The notes under the pieces are model-generated. The model was not told the DNA's origin. It did not search any database and was given only the letters and a program-made list of their open reading frames with translations. Shown here piece by piece: positions 9,701 through 18,769 of a DNA stretch of 64,000 nt (the stretch's first letter is position 1; each line of letters opens with the position of its first letter). A program made the translations under genes and the position numbers. The stretch comes from Candidatus Multivoradales bacterium. Its GTDB lineage: Bacteria; Acidobacteriota; Thermoanaerobaculia; Multivoradales; Multivoraceae. The stretch is taken from positions 4,064,001-4,128,000 of the forward strand of contig CBDCWI010000002.1 of NCBI GenBank assembly GCA_965223325.1. The letters are read 5' to 3'.

Positions 9701-10578
9701 AGGATGCGCGTGAACTCGGGGAAACGCTCGTCGAGCGCGCTCACGATTTCACTCCAAACGGTCAGAGCGCCAATCGCGACCGTCTCTGTGCCGTCGTCGG
9801 ACCTGGTGATCTCGACGCCCGATAGAGCCTCGATGCGAGCGCTGAGGGCGACAACGTCGGTAGCCTCCTCGCGGCCCTTGTTGCGCGCGACGCCGAGGTC
9901 GGTGGCGCCACTCACGATGCGCGCCTCAGGGTGACGCTCGAGCACAGCAGCAGCGGTTTCGACGTCGCGAGGTAAGACAACGCGACGGCCTCCGTCTTCC
10001 ACTGCGACCGAGTCGCGCGCCCAGCGCGCGAGATCCGCGGCGATCACCTCTTCGGCGAAGAGGTCCTGCAGGTGAGATGACGGCGGCTCGCCGAGTGAGA
10101 GACCAGCGTCGAGGATCTGCCGGTAGCCGGTGCAACGACAGAGGTTGCCGCTCAGCCCGCGCCGCAGTTCAGCTTCACGGAGTGGCCCGGTTGTCGCGTT
10201 CTCTGAGAGGGCGGTGAGCGCAACCACGAAGCCCGGAGTGCAGAAGCCACACTGCGAGCCGAAGTTCTCGATCATTGCCCGTTGAACAGGCGAAGGATGC
10301 GCGGTGCTTCCGAGTGCGTCGACGGTCACCAGGTGGGTGGCATCGAGCTGGTAGACGAAGGCGATGCAGGAGTCGACAGCGCGGTAGCGCAGCGAACCGT
10401 CGCCTCGCGGACGGCCAAGGAGAACCGAACAGGCACCACAGTCCCCTTCAGCGCACACCACCTTGGTGGCGGTCAAGCGCATCTCTTCGCGCAGAAACTC
10501 ACTGACGGTCAGAAACGCCGCGGTCCCACGTACCTCTGTTGGTTCGCCGTTGAGGTAGAGACGGACAGCGTCGCGCAT
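6742..10578 (-). CDS. Xanthine dehydrogenase, XdhA-XdhB fused in one 1278-aa polypeptide (2Fe-2S + FAD + molybdopterin)
   Basis: CAEGDCGAC, QCGFCTPG, GNLCRCTGY, GATDL, QIRHLGTIGGN, RMGGAFGGKE, AFRGFGGPQG, KAVGEPP in one ORF. Confidence 0.92.
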   Translation of the reverse strand: MRDAVRLYLNGEPTEVRGTAAFLTVSEFLREEMRLTATKVVCAEGDCGACSVLLGRPRGDGSLRYRAVDSCIAFVYQLDATHLVTVDALGSTAHPSPVQRAMIENFGSQCGFCTPGFVVALTALSENATTGPLREAELRRGLSGNLCRCTGYRQILDAGLSLGEPPSSHLQDLFAEEVIAADLARWARDSVAVEDGGRRVVLPRDVETAAAVLERHPEARIVSGATDLGVARNKGREEATDVVALSARIEALSGVEITRSDDGTETVAIGALTVWSEIVSALDERFPEFTRILDVFGAPQIRHLGTIGGNLMNASPIGDAIPCLIACDAQLELVSAKGARWLPIDGFYTGYKETLLERGELLARIRFEIPRSDEVFRLFKVSRRLDLDISIFTAAIRFFADDAGVISDPKVVMGGVGPVVMRLPETEALLAGETVSEELFARAGQIAQGEITPITDVRGRAEYRLQLAANVLLRTWRDVDAGWKRTPPDERECGLALEAVTAAAPPDPNSLHHDSASGHVTGSAPYVEDLPHREGELVVGFVGAPHARGTIERIDTRAARNVPGVEGVFTAADLPHHRPFGPIFHDEPFLPKREFHYLGQPLVVLAATSRHALKAAQKLVVIEAQKLEPTLRIEEAEERGEFLGPQRVIARGGLAKAFKAASHELEGSLRTGGQEQFYLESQAALAIPRENDELTIISSTQNPTEIQAVAAEVLDLGMHQVICEVKRMGGAFGGKETQAAIPALMAALVARQTGRPARVVYSKDDDMKLTGKRHEALVGYRIGFDGDGHILAADFEVRTNGGAFADLSTAVLERLMLHLDNAYYLPAVRITAQVCRTNLPPNTAFRGFGGPQGMAVIETVMEEVAQHLDLDSLEVRTANLYARDPDPGNERSNTTPYGQPVVSNLLPEIMPRLARDADYNARREEIRQFNQSNETYLRGLSLVPVKFGISFTNKTLNQANALVNVFTDGTVQVSTGATEMGQGVNTKIAQVVAEEFSIDPRRVVVLQTSTEKNNNTSPTAASASTDLNGTAAVRACATIRRRLATLAADHFASRKQGRVASPEAVVFDCGEVFDRRAPTRRLTFQELIKKAHTERVDLGARGFYATPGVDFNRETGRGTPFYYFTTGGCVAEVLIDRDFGTLQVERLDVLMDIGKPINFEIERGQVIGGLVQGIGWVTAEELVYDPGGALLSHSPTTYKIPAVSDLPPVMNIDFIDNDLNHKNLRSTKAVGEPPLMLAIAVFTAVKDALAQARGCSRNLQLPATHEEILRVLGGSEKE

Positions 10579-10582
10579 TGGG

Positions 10583-10816
10583 TCAGGACCGTTTGACGGT
10601 CGCTTGAATCAGCCCGAAAGGTTCAACGGTGTTCTTCATCGAGTCGGTGGCGATGACCTGGTGGTTGTCGCCGGCCAGGTAGCTGTCTTCGAAGTCGCCT
10701 TCGAGCTGGACCGAAACCGTGGCGACTGAAACTCGGTGCGGATCCCGGCCCCTGTCCAACCGGGTGACGCCCTCCCTCGACTGGCCGTAGAGGTGTTCCT
10801 TGAGTGTCAGTGGCAT
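10583..10816 (-). pseudogene. Urate oxidase (uricase) remnant with large in-frame internal deletion
   Basis: 77 aa: uricase N-terminus (YGQ.., LEGDFEDSYLAGDNHQVIATDSMKNTV) joined directly to a uricase-type C-terminus (EPFGLIQATVKR). Confidence 0.8.
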
Positions 10817-10839
10817 GACCGCAACTATAGTCGGGACCG

Positions 10840-12231
10840 ATGTCTACTGAAGCCCGGCATGAACCGCCCATCGTCTTACGCAGCCAACGCGTTCTGCTAG
10901 TCGATGGCGGGCTTGCGGCCCGTGACCTGGTATTTGATTGCGCTGTTGCGGGAGGGTTGATCCGTGCCGTCCTGGAACACGGTTCCTGGCGCGGTGATGG
11001 CGAGGTCATCGATGTCGGTTCCCGGGTGGTGATGCCGTCGCTGGTGGACACCCACACCCACTGCAACGATCCAGGACGCACGCACTGGGAGGGTTTCGAT
11101 CATGCGACCCGGGCCGCTGCGGCGGGTGGCATCGGCTGGCTTGCCGATATGCCACTCAACAGCGATCCGGTGACCATCGACCTGCCGGCGCTCGAACAGA
11201 AGCTGGATGCCGCACGCGGCAGGATCTTCGTCGATGTTTCGCTCTACGCCGGCCTCGTGGGTGGCGACAAAGTGCAGCCGGCCGAGTTGCTCACGGCGCT
11301 CGCAGAACGCACTTCAGCGTTCAAGGCGTTTCTTTGCGACTCGGGGCTCTACGATCTTGGGGTCGAGCAGTTCCCGCCAGTCAACCACGCAGTTCTCGAG
11401 GCTGCCATGCCGATTCTCGCCGCGCATGGGCGTCGCCTCCTGGTGCACGCCGAGCGCCTCGAGTCGGCTCCAGAGATGAACGATCCTCACGACCCGCGGT
11501 CCTACCAGGACTACCTGGCGAGTCGCCCGGTGTCTTGTGAGGTCGATGCAATCGCGGAGATGATTGCGCTCTCAGAAAAGACCGGCTGTGCGATCCACAT
11601 CGTGCACGTGTCGGCAGCAGAGTCGATCGATCTGCTGCGTGGCGCACGCGGTCGTGGAGTGGCGGTAAGCGCGGAGACCTGTCCACACTACCTCTACTTT
11701 GCGGCGGAAGAGGTTCCGGATCGCGCGGCGGCCTGGAAATGCGCTCCGCCGATTCGCGAGGCCCACCACCGTGACGCGTTGTGGGGTGGGCTCGCCGAGG
11801 GGGTGCTCAATTTCATCGCCAGCGATCATTCGCCCTGCCCCCCTGGTCTGAAAGCGCTCGCTACTGGTGACCTCGAAGCGGCTTGGGGCGGCATTGCTTC
11901 ACTCCAGCTCATGCTGCCGATCGTGTGGACCGAAGCGCAGCGACGGGGTTTTTCGGTCCCTGACATCAGCCGATGGCTGTCGCGCGAGCCGGCACGCTTT
12001 CTGGGTGACGAGAAGCGCACGATCACGGTTGGTGCGCGTGCCGACCTCCTGGTCTGGGATCCAGAGGCGCGCTTCGTCGTCGATGGAACGCGACTCGAAC
12101 ATCGACATGCACTCACCCCCTACGAAGGTCTCGAGCTCGAGGGTCAAGTGACGCGCCACTACCTGGCCGGCGATTTGGTCTGGAACGACGGCGCGATCGC
12201 CGGAACCCCACGAGGAGTCGTGCGTGTCTGA
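10840..12231 (+). CDS. allB: Allantoinase
   Basis: DTHTHCNDPGRTHWEGF, DMPLNS, HAE, HIVH, ETCPHYL, KCAPPIR, SDHSP. Confidence 0.92.
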   Translation: MSTEARHEPPIVLRSQRVLLVDGGLAARDLVFDCAVAGGLIRAVLEHGSWRGDGEVIDVGSRVVMPSLVDTHTHCNDPGRTHWEGFDHATRAAAAGGIGWLADMPLNSDPVTIDLPALEQKLDAARGRIFVDVSLYAGLVGGDKVQPAELLTALAERTSAFKAFLCDSGLYDLGVEQFPPVNHAVLEAAMPILAAHGRRLLVHAERLESAPEMNDPHDPRSYQDYLASRPVSCEVDAIAEMIALSEKTGCAIHIVHVSAAESIDLLRGARGRGVAVSAETCPHYLYFAAEEVPDRAAAWKCAPPIREAHHRDALWGGLAEGVLNFIASDHSPCPPGLKALATGDLEAAWGGIASLQLMLPIVWTEAQRRGFSVPDISRWLSREPARFLGDEKRTITVGARADLLVWDPEARFVVDGTRLEHRHALTPYEGLELEGQVTRHYLAGDLVWNDGAIAGTPRGVVRV

Positions 12232-12778
12232 GCCGCTCCAGTTCGATGACGGCTCGGCGTTCCTCAATGCCGTCGATCAGAACACCGCCGAGGTGCTCCT
12301 CGAGCGCTGCTGTGGTTCCAAACGCTGGGTCCATGCCATGCTGGTGGCCCGACCCTTCGCCGATGGCGCACATCTCGAGGAAGAAGCCGAGCGCGCTTTC
12401 GACGCTCTCGATGAAACGGACTGGTTGGAGGCCTTCGCCGCCCATCCCCGTATTGGCGAACACAAAGTGTCGGCAGCGGACGAACGAGAGAGCACGGAAG
12501 GGGCGACACGAGCGGCGATGGCTGCCGCTGAACAGGCAAGCACGGCCGCGGCTTCAGAGGACACTCTCGCGGCACTCGCCGAAGGGAATGCACTCTATGA
12601 AGAGCGCTTCGGCTTCGTCTATCTGGTCTTCGCAACCGGTAAGACCTCAGAGGAGATGCTCGCTCTCCTGGAGCGGCGTCTCCAGAACACGCGGTCTCGA
12701 GAGGTCCTGAACGCTGCCAGAGAACAGCGCCTGATCACGGCGCTGCGGCTGTCGAGAATCGGTACCATCGAAGGATGA
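12224..12778 (+). CDS. uraD: OHCU decarboxylase
   Basis: CCGSKRW, EAFAAHPRIG, EQ, YEERFGFVYLV, EQRLITALRL. Confidence 0.9.
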   Translation: MSEPLQFDDGSAFLNAVDQNTAEVLLERCCGSKRWVHAMLVARPFADGAHLEEEAERAFDALDETDWLEAFAAHPRIGEHKVSAADERESTEGATRAAMAAAEQASTAAASEDTLAALAEGNALYEERFGFVYLVFATGKTSEEMLALLERRLQNTRSREVLNAAREQRLITALRLSRIGTIEG

Positions 12779-13101
12779 GCCACGTCACCACCCACATTCT
12801 CGATACCAGCCGTGGTCGCCCGGTTGCCGGAGTCGACGTCGAACTATCGCAAGGGGGCGACGACGGTTGGCAGGTCATTGCGGCGGCGACCACCGACGCC
12901 GACGGGCGCTGCGCGGCCCTCGGGCCGGTGAGGCTCGAGTCGGGTGTCTATCGCATATCTTTCGCGGTCGCCTCCTACCTCGGCGCCGATGCGTTCTATC
13001 CCGAGGTGCAGGTGACGTTTCGACTCGACGGCGCGGAGCCGCACTACCACGTGCCGCTGCTTCTCAATCCTTTCGGCTACAGCACCTACCGAGGCAGCTG
13101 A
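12775..13101 (+). CDS. uraH: 5-hydroxyisourate hydrolase (transthyretin-like)
   Basis: TTHILDT...HYHVPLLLNPFGYSTYRGS signature. Confidence 0.95.
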   Translation: MSHVTTHILDTSRGRPVAGVDVELSQGGDDGWQVIAAATTDADGRCAALGPVRLESGVYRISFAVASYLGADAFYPEVQVTFRLDGAEPHYHVPLLLNPFGYSTYRGS

Positions 13102-13643
13102 TGCCGGGTCGAAAGCCCCGTAGCATCCCAGTCGAGCCACTGACTCGAGAGGCTTTCGAACCCTTCGGGGAAGTGGTCGATTGGCGCTCCGCCCTGCCGG
13201 TCGAGGCCAACGCGGGCACCGCTCAGAAGTTCTCCGACCTGGCGTCGATCGAAATCGACGCGGCGGGCAGGCCCTCGTTGTCGCTGTATCGCGCACAGCC
13301 GCGCCACTTTCCACTTCGCCTCGAAGTCCTGGAGCATCACCCGCTCGCCAGTCAGGCGTTTGTTCCGCTGGCCACCCGACGGTTCCTGATCGTGGTCGCC
13401 GACGGTTCTGATGTCGCTCCGGCGCTGGCGAGCTGCCGTGCCTTTCTCGCCGAGGGTGGCATGGGAGTCAACTTCAAGCCGGGCACCTGGCACCACCCCT
13501 TGCTGGCTCTCGATGAGGTGTGCGACTTCCTGGTGGTCGACCGGCGTTTCGAACCCCAGTGCCCGCGCGAGAACCTGGTCGAGTTTCCGCTCGAAGGGGA
13601 GCTCATGATCGAAAGCGCCGAGCTCTCGAAAGGCCTCGCATGA
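13101..13643 (+). CDS. allA: Ureidoglycolate lyase
   Basis: PLTREAFEPFGEV, LEHHPLASQAF, GVNFKPGTWHHPL, DFLVVDR; TGATG coupling to uraH. Confidence 0.88.
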   Translation: MPGRKPRSIPVEPLTREAFEPFGEVVDWRSALPVEANAGTAQKFSDLASIEIDAAGRPSLSLYRAQPRHFPLRLEVLEHHPLASQAFVPLATRRFLIVVADGSDVAPALASCRAFLAEGGMGVNFKPGTWHHPLLALDEVCDFLVVDRRFEPQCPRENLVEFPLEGELMIESAELSKGLA

Positions 13644-14872
13644 CGGGCTCGAGAGTGTCGAGAGACCGCCTGTGGGAACGGCTGCTCGCTATCGCTCTCA
13701 TCGGTGCGATTCCTGGCGACGGCAGTTGTCGCGAGGCCTTGAGCGATGGCGACCGTGAGGCGCGTGACCTGCTGGCGCGTTGGTGCGACGAGCTCGGCTA
13801 CTCGCAGCGGGTGGACCAGGTGGGCAACATGTTCGCCCGCCGTGCCGGGCGCGATCCCCAGGCGCCGCCGATCCTGCTCGGGAGCCACCTCGATACCCAA
13901 CCGACCGGCGGCCGTTTCGACGGGGTGGCAGGGGTCCTGGCTGCGCTCGAGGTTCTTCAGTCGCTCGATGACCTCGGAGTCGAAACCGAGATGCCGGTCG
14001 AGCTGGTCAATTGGACCAACGAAGAGGGGTCGCGCTTTCAAACCGGCCTGACGGGTTCCGCGGTGTGGTCAGGCCAGCTCGCCCTCGAAGAGGCCTGGGC
14101 CGATCAGGACCGCGACGGTCGCCTGTTGCGCGACGAGCTCGTGCGCATCGGCTACCTCGGAGAAGCGCCGGCCGAGGCGTTTCCGATTCGCGCCTTCTTC
14201 GAGCTCCACATTGAACAGGGTCCAGTGCTCGAAGGTGCTGGCGACTGGATCGGAGTCGTCGAGAGTATTCAGAACATGGCGCGCATCGAGGCGACTCTCC
14301 ACGGCACCGAGGCGCACGCTGGAACCACTCCGATGGATCAGCGCGACGACCCCATCCGTCTGCTGGCGGCAGTTCTTCCCGAACTCTACGCGCTGGTGGA
14401 CAACGCGGGTCCGGCGGTGCGCTTCAACGTCGGCACGTTGAACGTCGAACCAGGTGCGATCAACACCGTCCCGGGCAAGGTGCGTCTGGGGATCGATCTG
14501 CGCCATCCCGATGCGGCGGCTCACCGCGCGCTGATACGGCAGATTCACCAGGTCTTCGCCGCAAAGGGCGAGCAGTTGGGGATTGAAGTGGAGAGTAAGG
14601 TCGTGTGGTCCCATCCCGGGCTCAGTTTCGATTCTCTGGCTGTTGATGCCCTGGCGCGCGCTGCCGAGCGCTGTGGCTATCCGTGGCGCCCCATGGCTAG
14701 CGGCGCTGGCCACGACGCAATGGCTGTCGCCCGGGCGGCGCCAGCGGCGATGATCTTCATTCCCTGCCGAGGTGGTGTTTCACATAACCCTCTGGAGTGG
14801 GCCGAACCCGAACACCTGGCGGCCGGCGCGCATGTCTTGCTCGAGGCAGTGCTCGAGCTCAGCGGTCGCTGA
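13640..14872 (+). CDS. M20 Zn-dependent amidohydrolase (allantoate amidohydrolase / N-carbamoylase family)
   Basis: GSHLDTQPTGGRFDG, NEEGSRF, ELHIEQGP, HAGTTPM, SGAGHDA, SHNPLE. Confidence 0.85.
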   Translation: MTGSRVSRDRLWERLLAIALIGAIPGDGSCREALSDGDREARDLLARWCDELGYSQRVDQVGNMFARRAGRDPQAPPILLGSHLDTQPTGGRFDGVAGVLAALEVLQSLDDLGVETEMPVELVNWTNEEGSRFQTGLTGSAVWSGQLALEEAWADQDRDGRLLRDELVRIGYLGEAPAEAFPIRAFFELHIEQGPVLEGAGDWIGVVESIQNMARIEATLHGTEAHAGTTPMDQRDDPIRLLAAVLPELYALVDNAGPAVRFNVGTLNVEPGAINTVPGKVRLGIDLRHPDAAAHRALIRQIHQVFAAKGEQLGIEVESKVVWSHPGLSFDSLAVDALARAAERCGYPWRPMASGAGHDAMAVARAAPAAMIFIPCRGGVSHNPLEWAEPEHLAAGAHVLLEAVLELSGR

Positions 14873-14968
14873 AACTCGCTCCAGGGCCAGGTCAACGATT
14901 CTCCGCTCTCACGGGTACAGGTAGAGAAGGTCGGAAGAAGGAGCGTTTAACGGGAGGCCTGGCAGTCG

Positions 14969-15526
14969 ATGCTCGATGGCGACTCACATAGCGACGAGGG
15001 GTTGGCCTCATTGGCCCTCGAGGGTGATCGCGCGGCCTTCGAGGTTCTGGTTCGGCGTTACCTGCGGCGGGCGATGGCAGTCGCCGTCCAGCAGGTCGGT
15101 TCACTCGAAGACGCTGAAGACGTCGTCCAGGACGCCTTCCATCGCATGGTGCGGGCGCTCCCGGCCTACGACCCGGAGCGCCCGTTCAGCCCCTGGTTCT
15201 TCACCATCGTTCGCAACCAGGCGCGTAGCGCACTGCGCAAGGCGGGCCGACGCGCTGAACTCGTGCCCATGCGAACCCTCGACGCCGCCACCGTAGAGCC
15301 AACCGCGAGTCCGACCGAGGCGGCGACCGAGGTCGAACAGGCCGTCGCCCGGCTGCCCGCCATGCAGCAGTCGTGCTTCAGGCTGTGCGAGGTCGAAGGG
15401 TTCACCAGTCAGGAAATCGGCGCCATGCTCGGAATCAGCGACGGCACTGTGCGCACCCATCTTCATCGTGCCCGCGAACAACTGCGGAACACCTTGGCAA
15501 CAGCAGGAAAGGCCGGTTCCCGATGA
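14969..15526 (+). CDS. ECF sigma-70 factor
   Basis: DAEDVVQDAF, FSPWFFTIVRN, region 4 EIGAMLGISDGTVRTHLHRAR. Confidence 0.92.
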   Translation: MLDGDSHSDEGLASLALEGDRAAFEVLVRRYLRRAMAVAVQQVGSLEDAEDVVQDAFHRMVRALPAYDPERPFSPWFFTIVRNQARSALRKAGRRAELVPMRTLDAATVEPTASPTEAATEVEQAVARLPAMQQSCFRLCEVEGFTSQEIGAMLGISDGTVRTHLHRAREQLRNTLATAGKAGSR

Positions 15527-15939
15527 GCACCCTTCCCACCTCCCGACTTCCCGACGACGAGGGCTACTGGCAGGAGCTCGAGGGACAGATCGTTCGTGAC
15601 GCCCTGGGTCCTTTGGCTCTCTACCGTCGCAGCGCCAGCCGCTGGTACTGGCCGCTGGCTGAACGTGTCGGCTGGCTGGTCGCGGCGGCGCTGGCGGTCA
15701 TCGTTGCGTCGTGGTTCGCGGCCACCTCGCCCGGAACCCCGTCGCACGAGCGCCCGGAAGGGCGCACCAGCCCTCTCGAGCGTTCGGTGGCACCAGCAGA
15801 TGCCAGCGGAGTGTTGTTCGGCGCCGCCCAGCCTCCCGACCTGGCCGCGCTTCTCGAGCAGTTCCCGCCCAATCACCACAGCCGGGTGACAGCCAGTCCC
15901 ACAACAAACAGCCCCGAGGGCAGATCGGTGGAGCGATGA
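15523..15939 (+). CDS. Putative single-TM anti-sigma factor
   Basis: ATGA overlap with sigma gene; one hydrophobic helix (WLVAAALAVIVASWF). Confidence 0.6.
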   Translation: MSTLPTSRLPDDEGYWQELEGQIVRDALGPLALYRRSASRWYWPLAERVGWLVAAALAVIVASWFAATSPGTPSHERPEGRTSPLERSVAPADASGVLFGAAQPPDLAALLEQFPPNHHSRVTASPTTNSPEGRSVER

Positions 15940-16355
15940 TGAACTTGCGACTGCGAGCACTTCTGGGAGCGTTTTCGATCTTCGCAGCCGGCCTGGCCAG
16001 CGGAGTTGCCATTGGCAAGCTCCACAGCCCACAGCCGGTTCTCGGCGACAGCGCAGCGGATCATCACCAGCTCCTGATGAGCGAACTCGATCGCGCCATC
16101 GACCTCGATGAGCAACAGCTCGAGCAGTTGAACAAGGTCCTCGGGCGTCACCAGGACTTCGTCCAGAAAGCCTGGGAGCAGCTCCGGCCCGAAGTCGAGA
16201 TCGCGATGGAGAAGGTCCACCGCGAGATCGCCGAACTACTGCGAACCGATCAGCGCGAGCGCTATCACGAGTGGCTCCTGGAGCGGCACCACGACGGTGA
16301 CGGTGAGACATTCGAGACTGAGCACCACGGAGAAGACAAGAGTCATCACCCATGA
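15936..16355 (+). CDS. Exported helical protein, Spy/CpxP/heavy-metal-sensor-like
   Basis: N-terminal TM/signal, LDEQQ and LRTDQ LTxxQ-like motifs, His-rich. Confidence 0.55.
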   Translation: MMNLRLRALLGAFSIFAAGLASGVAIGKLHSPQPVLGDSAADHHQLLMSELDRAIDLDEQQLEQLNKVLGRHQDFVQKAWEQLRPEVEIAMEKVHREIAELLRTDQRERYHEWLLERHHDGDGETFETEHHGEDKSHHP

Positions 16356-18760
16356 CGCTGGTGCGCGAGGCTTTCCGCTCGCTGCTCCGAACTCCGCTGC
16401 CGACCTTCGTCGTCGTGATTACCTTGGCGATCACGATCGGTTCGACGACCGCCATCTGGACGGTTGCGGACGGTGTCTTGCGGCAGCCGATTGGCTACCA
16501 GGACGAGGATCGACTGGTGGTGGTCTGGGGCTCGACCGACCCTCTAGGCTCCTCGGTTTTCCGCCTGTCTCCGGCCGACTACCGCGACCTGCGTGACGAT
16601 GCGGATTCGTTCAACGGGCAGGTGGCGCTCTACCGGTCGATCGGCTCGACCCTCACGGGCGGCGACCGGCCAGCGCGGGTTGGGACCTTTGCGGTCACCC
16701 CGCGTTTGTTCGAGGTCCTCGATGCCCAACCTTTGTTGGGGCGTTTCTTCAGCTACGAAGACGAGACTCCAGGGAGCAGTAAGAAGCTCGTTCTCACCGA
16801 AGCGTCCTGGCGGCGCCGTTTTGCCGCCGATCCCAACATCGTCGGTAAGACCCTCGAGCTCGACGACGTGACCTACACCGTCGTCGGGGTGACGGCGCCC
16901 GGGTTTCACTTTCCGCCGGGCGACGACGAGGTCGAGATGTACTTTCCGATGGTGCTGGGTGATGCGATCCTGCTCGATCGCGACCATCGAATGTTCGATG
17001 CCGTCGCGCGACTGGCAGACGGGGTAAGCGTCAGTTCCGCGAGCGAGGAGCTGGAAGCGATCGCCGACCGGCTGGCGCGCGAGTACCCCGAGACCAACCA
17101 GGGCTGGTACCTGACGGTTGCCCCCCTTCGCGGCGAGATTCTCGGCGACCTCGCTCCGACCCTGTGGGCGCTTCTCGGTGCCGTGCTGATCGTGCTCCTG
17201 ATCGCCTGCGCCAACATCGCCAACGTGTTGATTGCGCGCGCGGCCCGCTCCGGCGGTGAGTACGCGGTGCGTTCTGCGCTTGGCGCACAGAAAGAGGACC
17301 TTCTCCTGCGGTCACTCGCGGAGAGCACCCTGCTTGGAACGGCAGGCGGCTTTGCCGGCCTGGTAGTTGCCCTCCTCGGCATCGCCGTGCTCGAGGCGAC
17401 GTTGCCGGGAGTACTTGGGCGCTTGACCAACATCGGGGCCTCTCCGGGAACCGCGATCGTGACCGCCTGCCTGGCACTTGGTGCGACGTTGCTTTTTGCA
17501 GCGCTACCCGCGCTGCGCGCCATGCGGCCGGATCTCGCCGGCGTGCTCTCGGCGTCAGGCACCTCACGGAGGGTCGGGACGGGGCGGATTCGCGAGCTCT
17601 TTGTCGTTGCGCAGGTGGCGCTTGCCATCGTGCTGCTGGTCGCTGCGGTCCTGGTGCTGCAGAGCTTCACCCGGCTTGCACGCACCGATCCCGGTTTCGA
17701 TCCCGGGGACGTCACCTCGGTCGTCGTCCAGCTTCCCACCTCGCGCTACAGCAGGGTTGAGTGGAAACCCTTCTTCGAGCGCGTCATCGAAGAGGTCGGC
17801 GAACTGCCGGGGGTGCAAACCGTCGGCGCCGTTTCTGATCTTCCGATGAGCAGTGTTGGGCTGGGCTTCGAGGTCGAGTTCACCGTGCCCGGGCTCGAGG
17901 CTCTTTCACCAACGGCGCGACCCAATGCCGACTTCAGATTCGTCGCTGGCGACTACTTCGAAGCCATGGACATGGCCATCACCAGCGGACGCGCCTTCGA
18001 TACCGGCGACGCTCTCGGTGAGCGCGTGGTGGCGGTGGTCAACGAGACCCTGGCGCGGCGCTACTTTGCCGACCTGGACCCGCTGGGGCGGGTGGTCGAC
18101 ACCGAGATTCTCGGTGAGATCACGGTGGTTGGAATCGTCGACGATGTCTCTCACCGCGGGCTCCTCAACAAACATGAGTCTGAGATCTACGTTCCCTTTG
18201 GCCGACTCGCTACGCGTGAGATGCACGTCGTGGTGGAATCGACCCTCGGAACCGAGGCGGTCGCGGGCGGAGTCTCCGGTGTCCTCAGCTCGATCGACTC
18301 GCAACTCGCGCCGACCCGGGTGGAACCGGTCGCTGACCTGGTCTGGGAGTCGATCGCCCGGCCCAGGTTCCTGGCAGCGCTGCTCGCCTGTTTGTCCCTG
18401 TGCGCTGCAGTCCTGGCGGCGATCGGCATCTACGGCATCGTCTCGTATGCGGTTGCGGTGCGCACCGCCGAGATCGGTTTGCGCATGGCCCTCGGTGCCG
18501 ACGCGCGCGCTACCTTGCGCTGGTTGGTTGCCCGAACGGTGCTGGTCGTTGTAGCAGGGTCGGTGCTGGGAGTGCTCGGTGCGATCGCCTCGTCGCGGTT
18601 TGTTGGCCGGCTGCTGCACGACCTGGCGCCGATCGACCCGTTGGTCTACGCGCTCACTGTTCTTGCGGCGTGCACGATCGCAGCCGCCGCTGCGTCGCTT
18701 CCCGCCCTGCGTGCGGTGAAGATCGACCCGGTCGCGGCGCTGCGCGAAGGGTCGTCCTGA
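16352..18760 (+). CDS. ABC permease, acidobacterial duplicated orphan permease (ADOP; MacB/FtsX x2)
   Basis: 802 aa, LLIACANIANVL, duplicated MacB/FtsX halves, EIGLRMALGA, IDPVAALRE. Confidence 0.9.
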   Translation: MTLVREAFRSLLRTPLPTFVVVITLAITIGSTTAIWTVADGVLRQPIGYQDEDRLVVVWGSTDPLGSSVFRLSPADYRDLRDDADSFNGQVALYRSIGSTLTGGDRPARVGTFAVTPRLFEVLDAQPLLGRFFSYEDETPGSSKKLVLTEASWRRRFAADPNIVGKTLELDDVTYTVVGVTAPGFHFPPGDDEVEMYFPMVLGDAILLDRDHRMFDAVARLADGVSVSSASEELEAIADRLAREYPETNQGWYLTVAPLRGEILGDLAPTLWALLGAVLIVLLIACANIANVLIARAARSGGEYAVRSALGAQKEDLLLRSLAESTLLGTAGGFAGLVVALLGIAVLEATLPGVLGRLTNIGASPGTAIVTACLALGATLLFAALPALRAMRPDLAGVLSASGTSRRVGTGRIRELFVVAQVALAIVLLVAAVLVLQSFTRLARTDPGFDPGDVTSVVVQLPTSRYSRVEWKPFFERVIEEVGELPGVQTVGAVSDLPMSSVGLGFEVEFTVPGLEALSPTARPNADFRFVAGDYFEAMDMAITSGRAFDTGDALGERVVAVVNETLARRYFADLDPLGRVVDTEILGEITVVGIVDDVSHRGLLNKHESEIYVPFGRLATREMHVVVESTLGTEAVAGGVSGVLSSIDSQLAPTRVEPVADLVWESIARPRFLAALLACLSLCAAVLAAIGIYGIVSYAVAVRTAEIGLRMALGADARATLRWLVARTVLVVVAGSVLGVLGAIASSRFVGRLLHDLAPIDPLVYALTVLAACTIAAAAASLPALRAVKIDPVAALREGSS

Positions 18761-18769
18761 GCCTACGAG

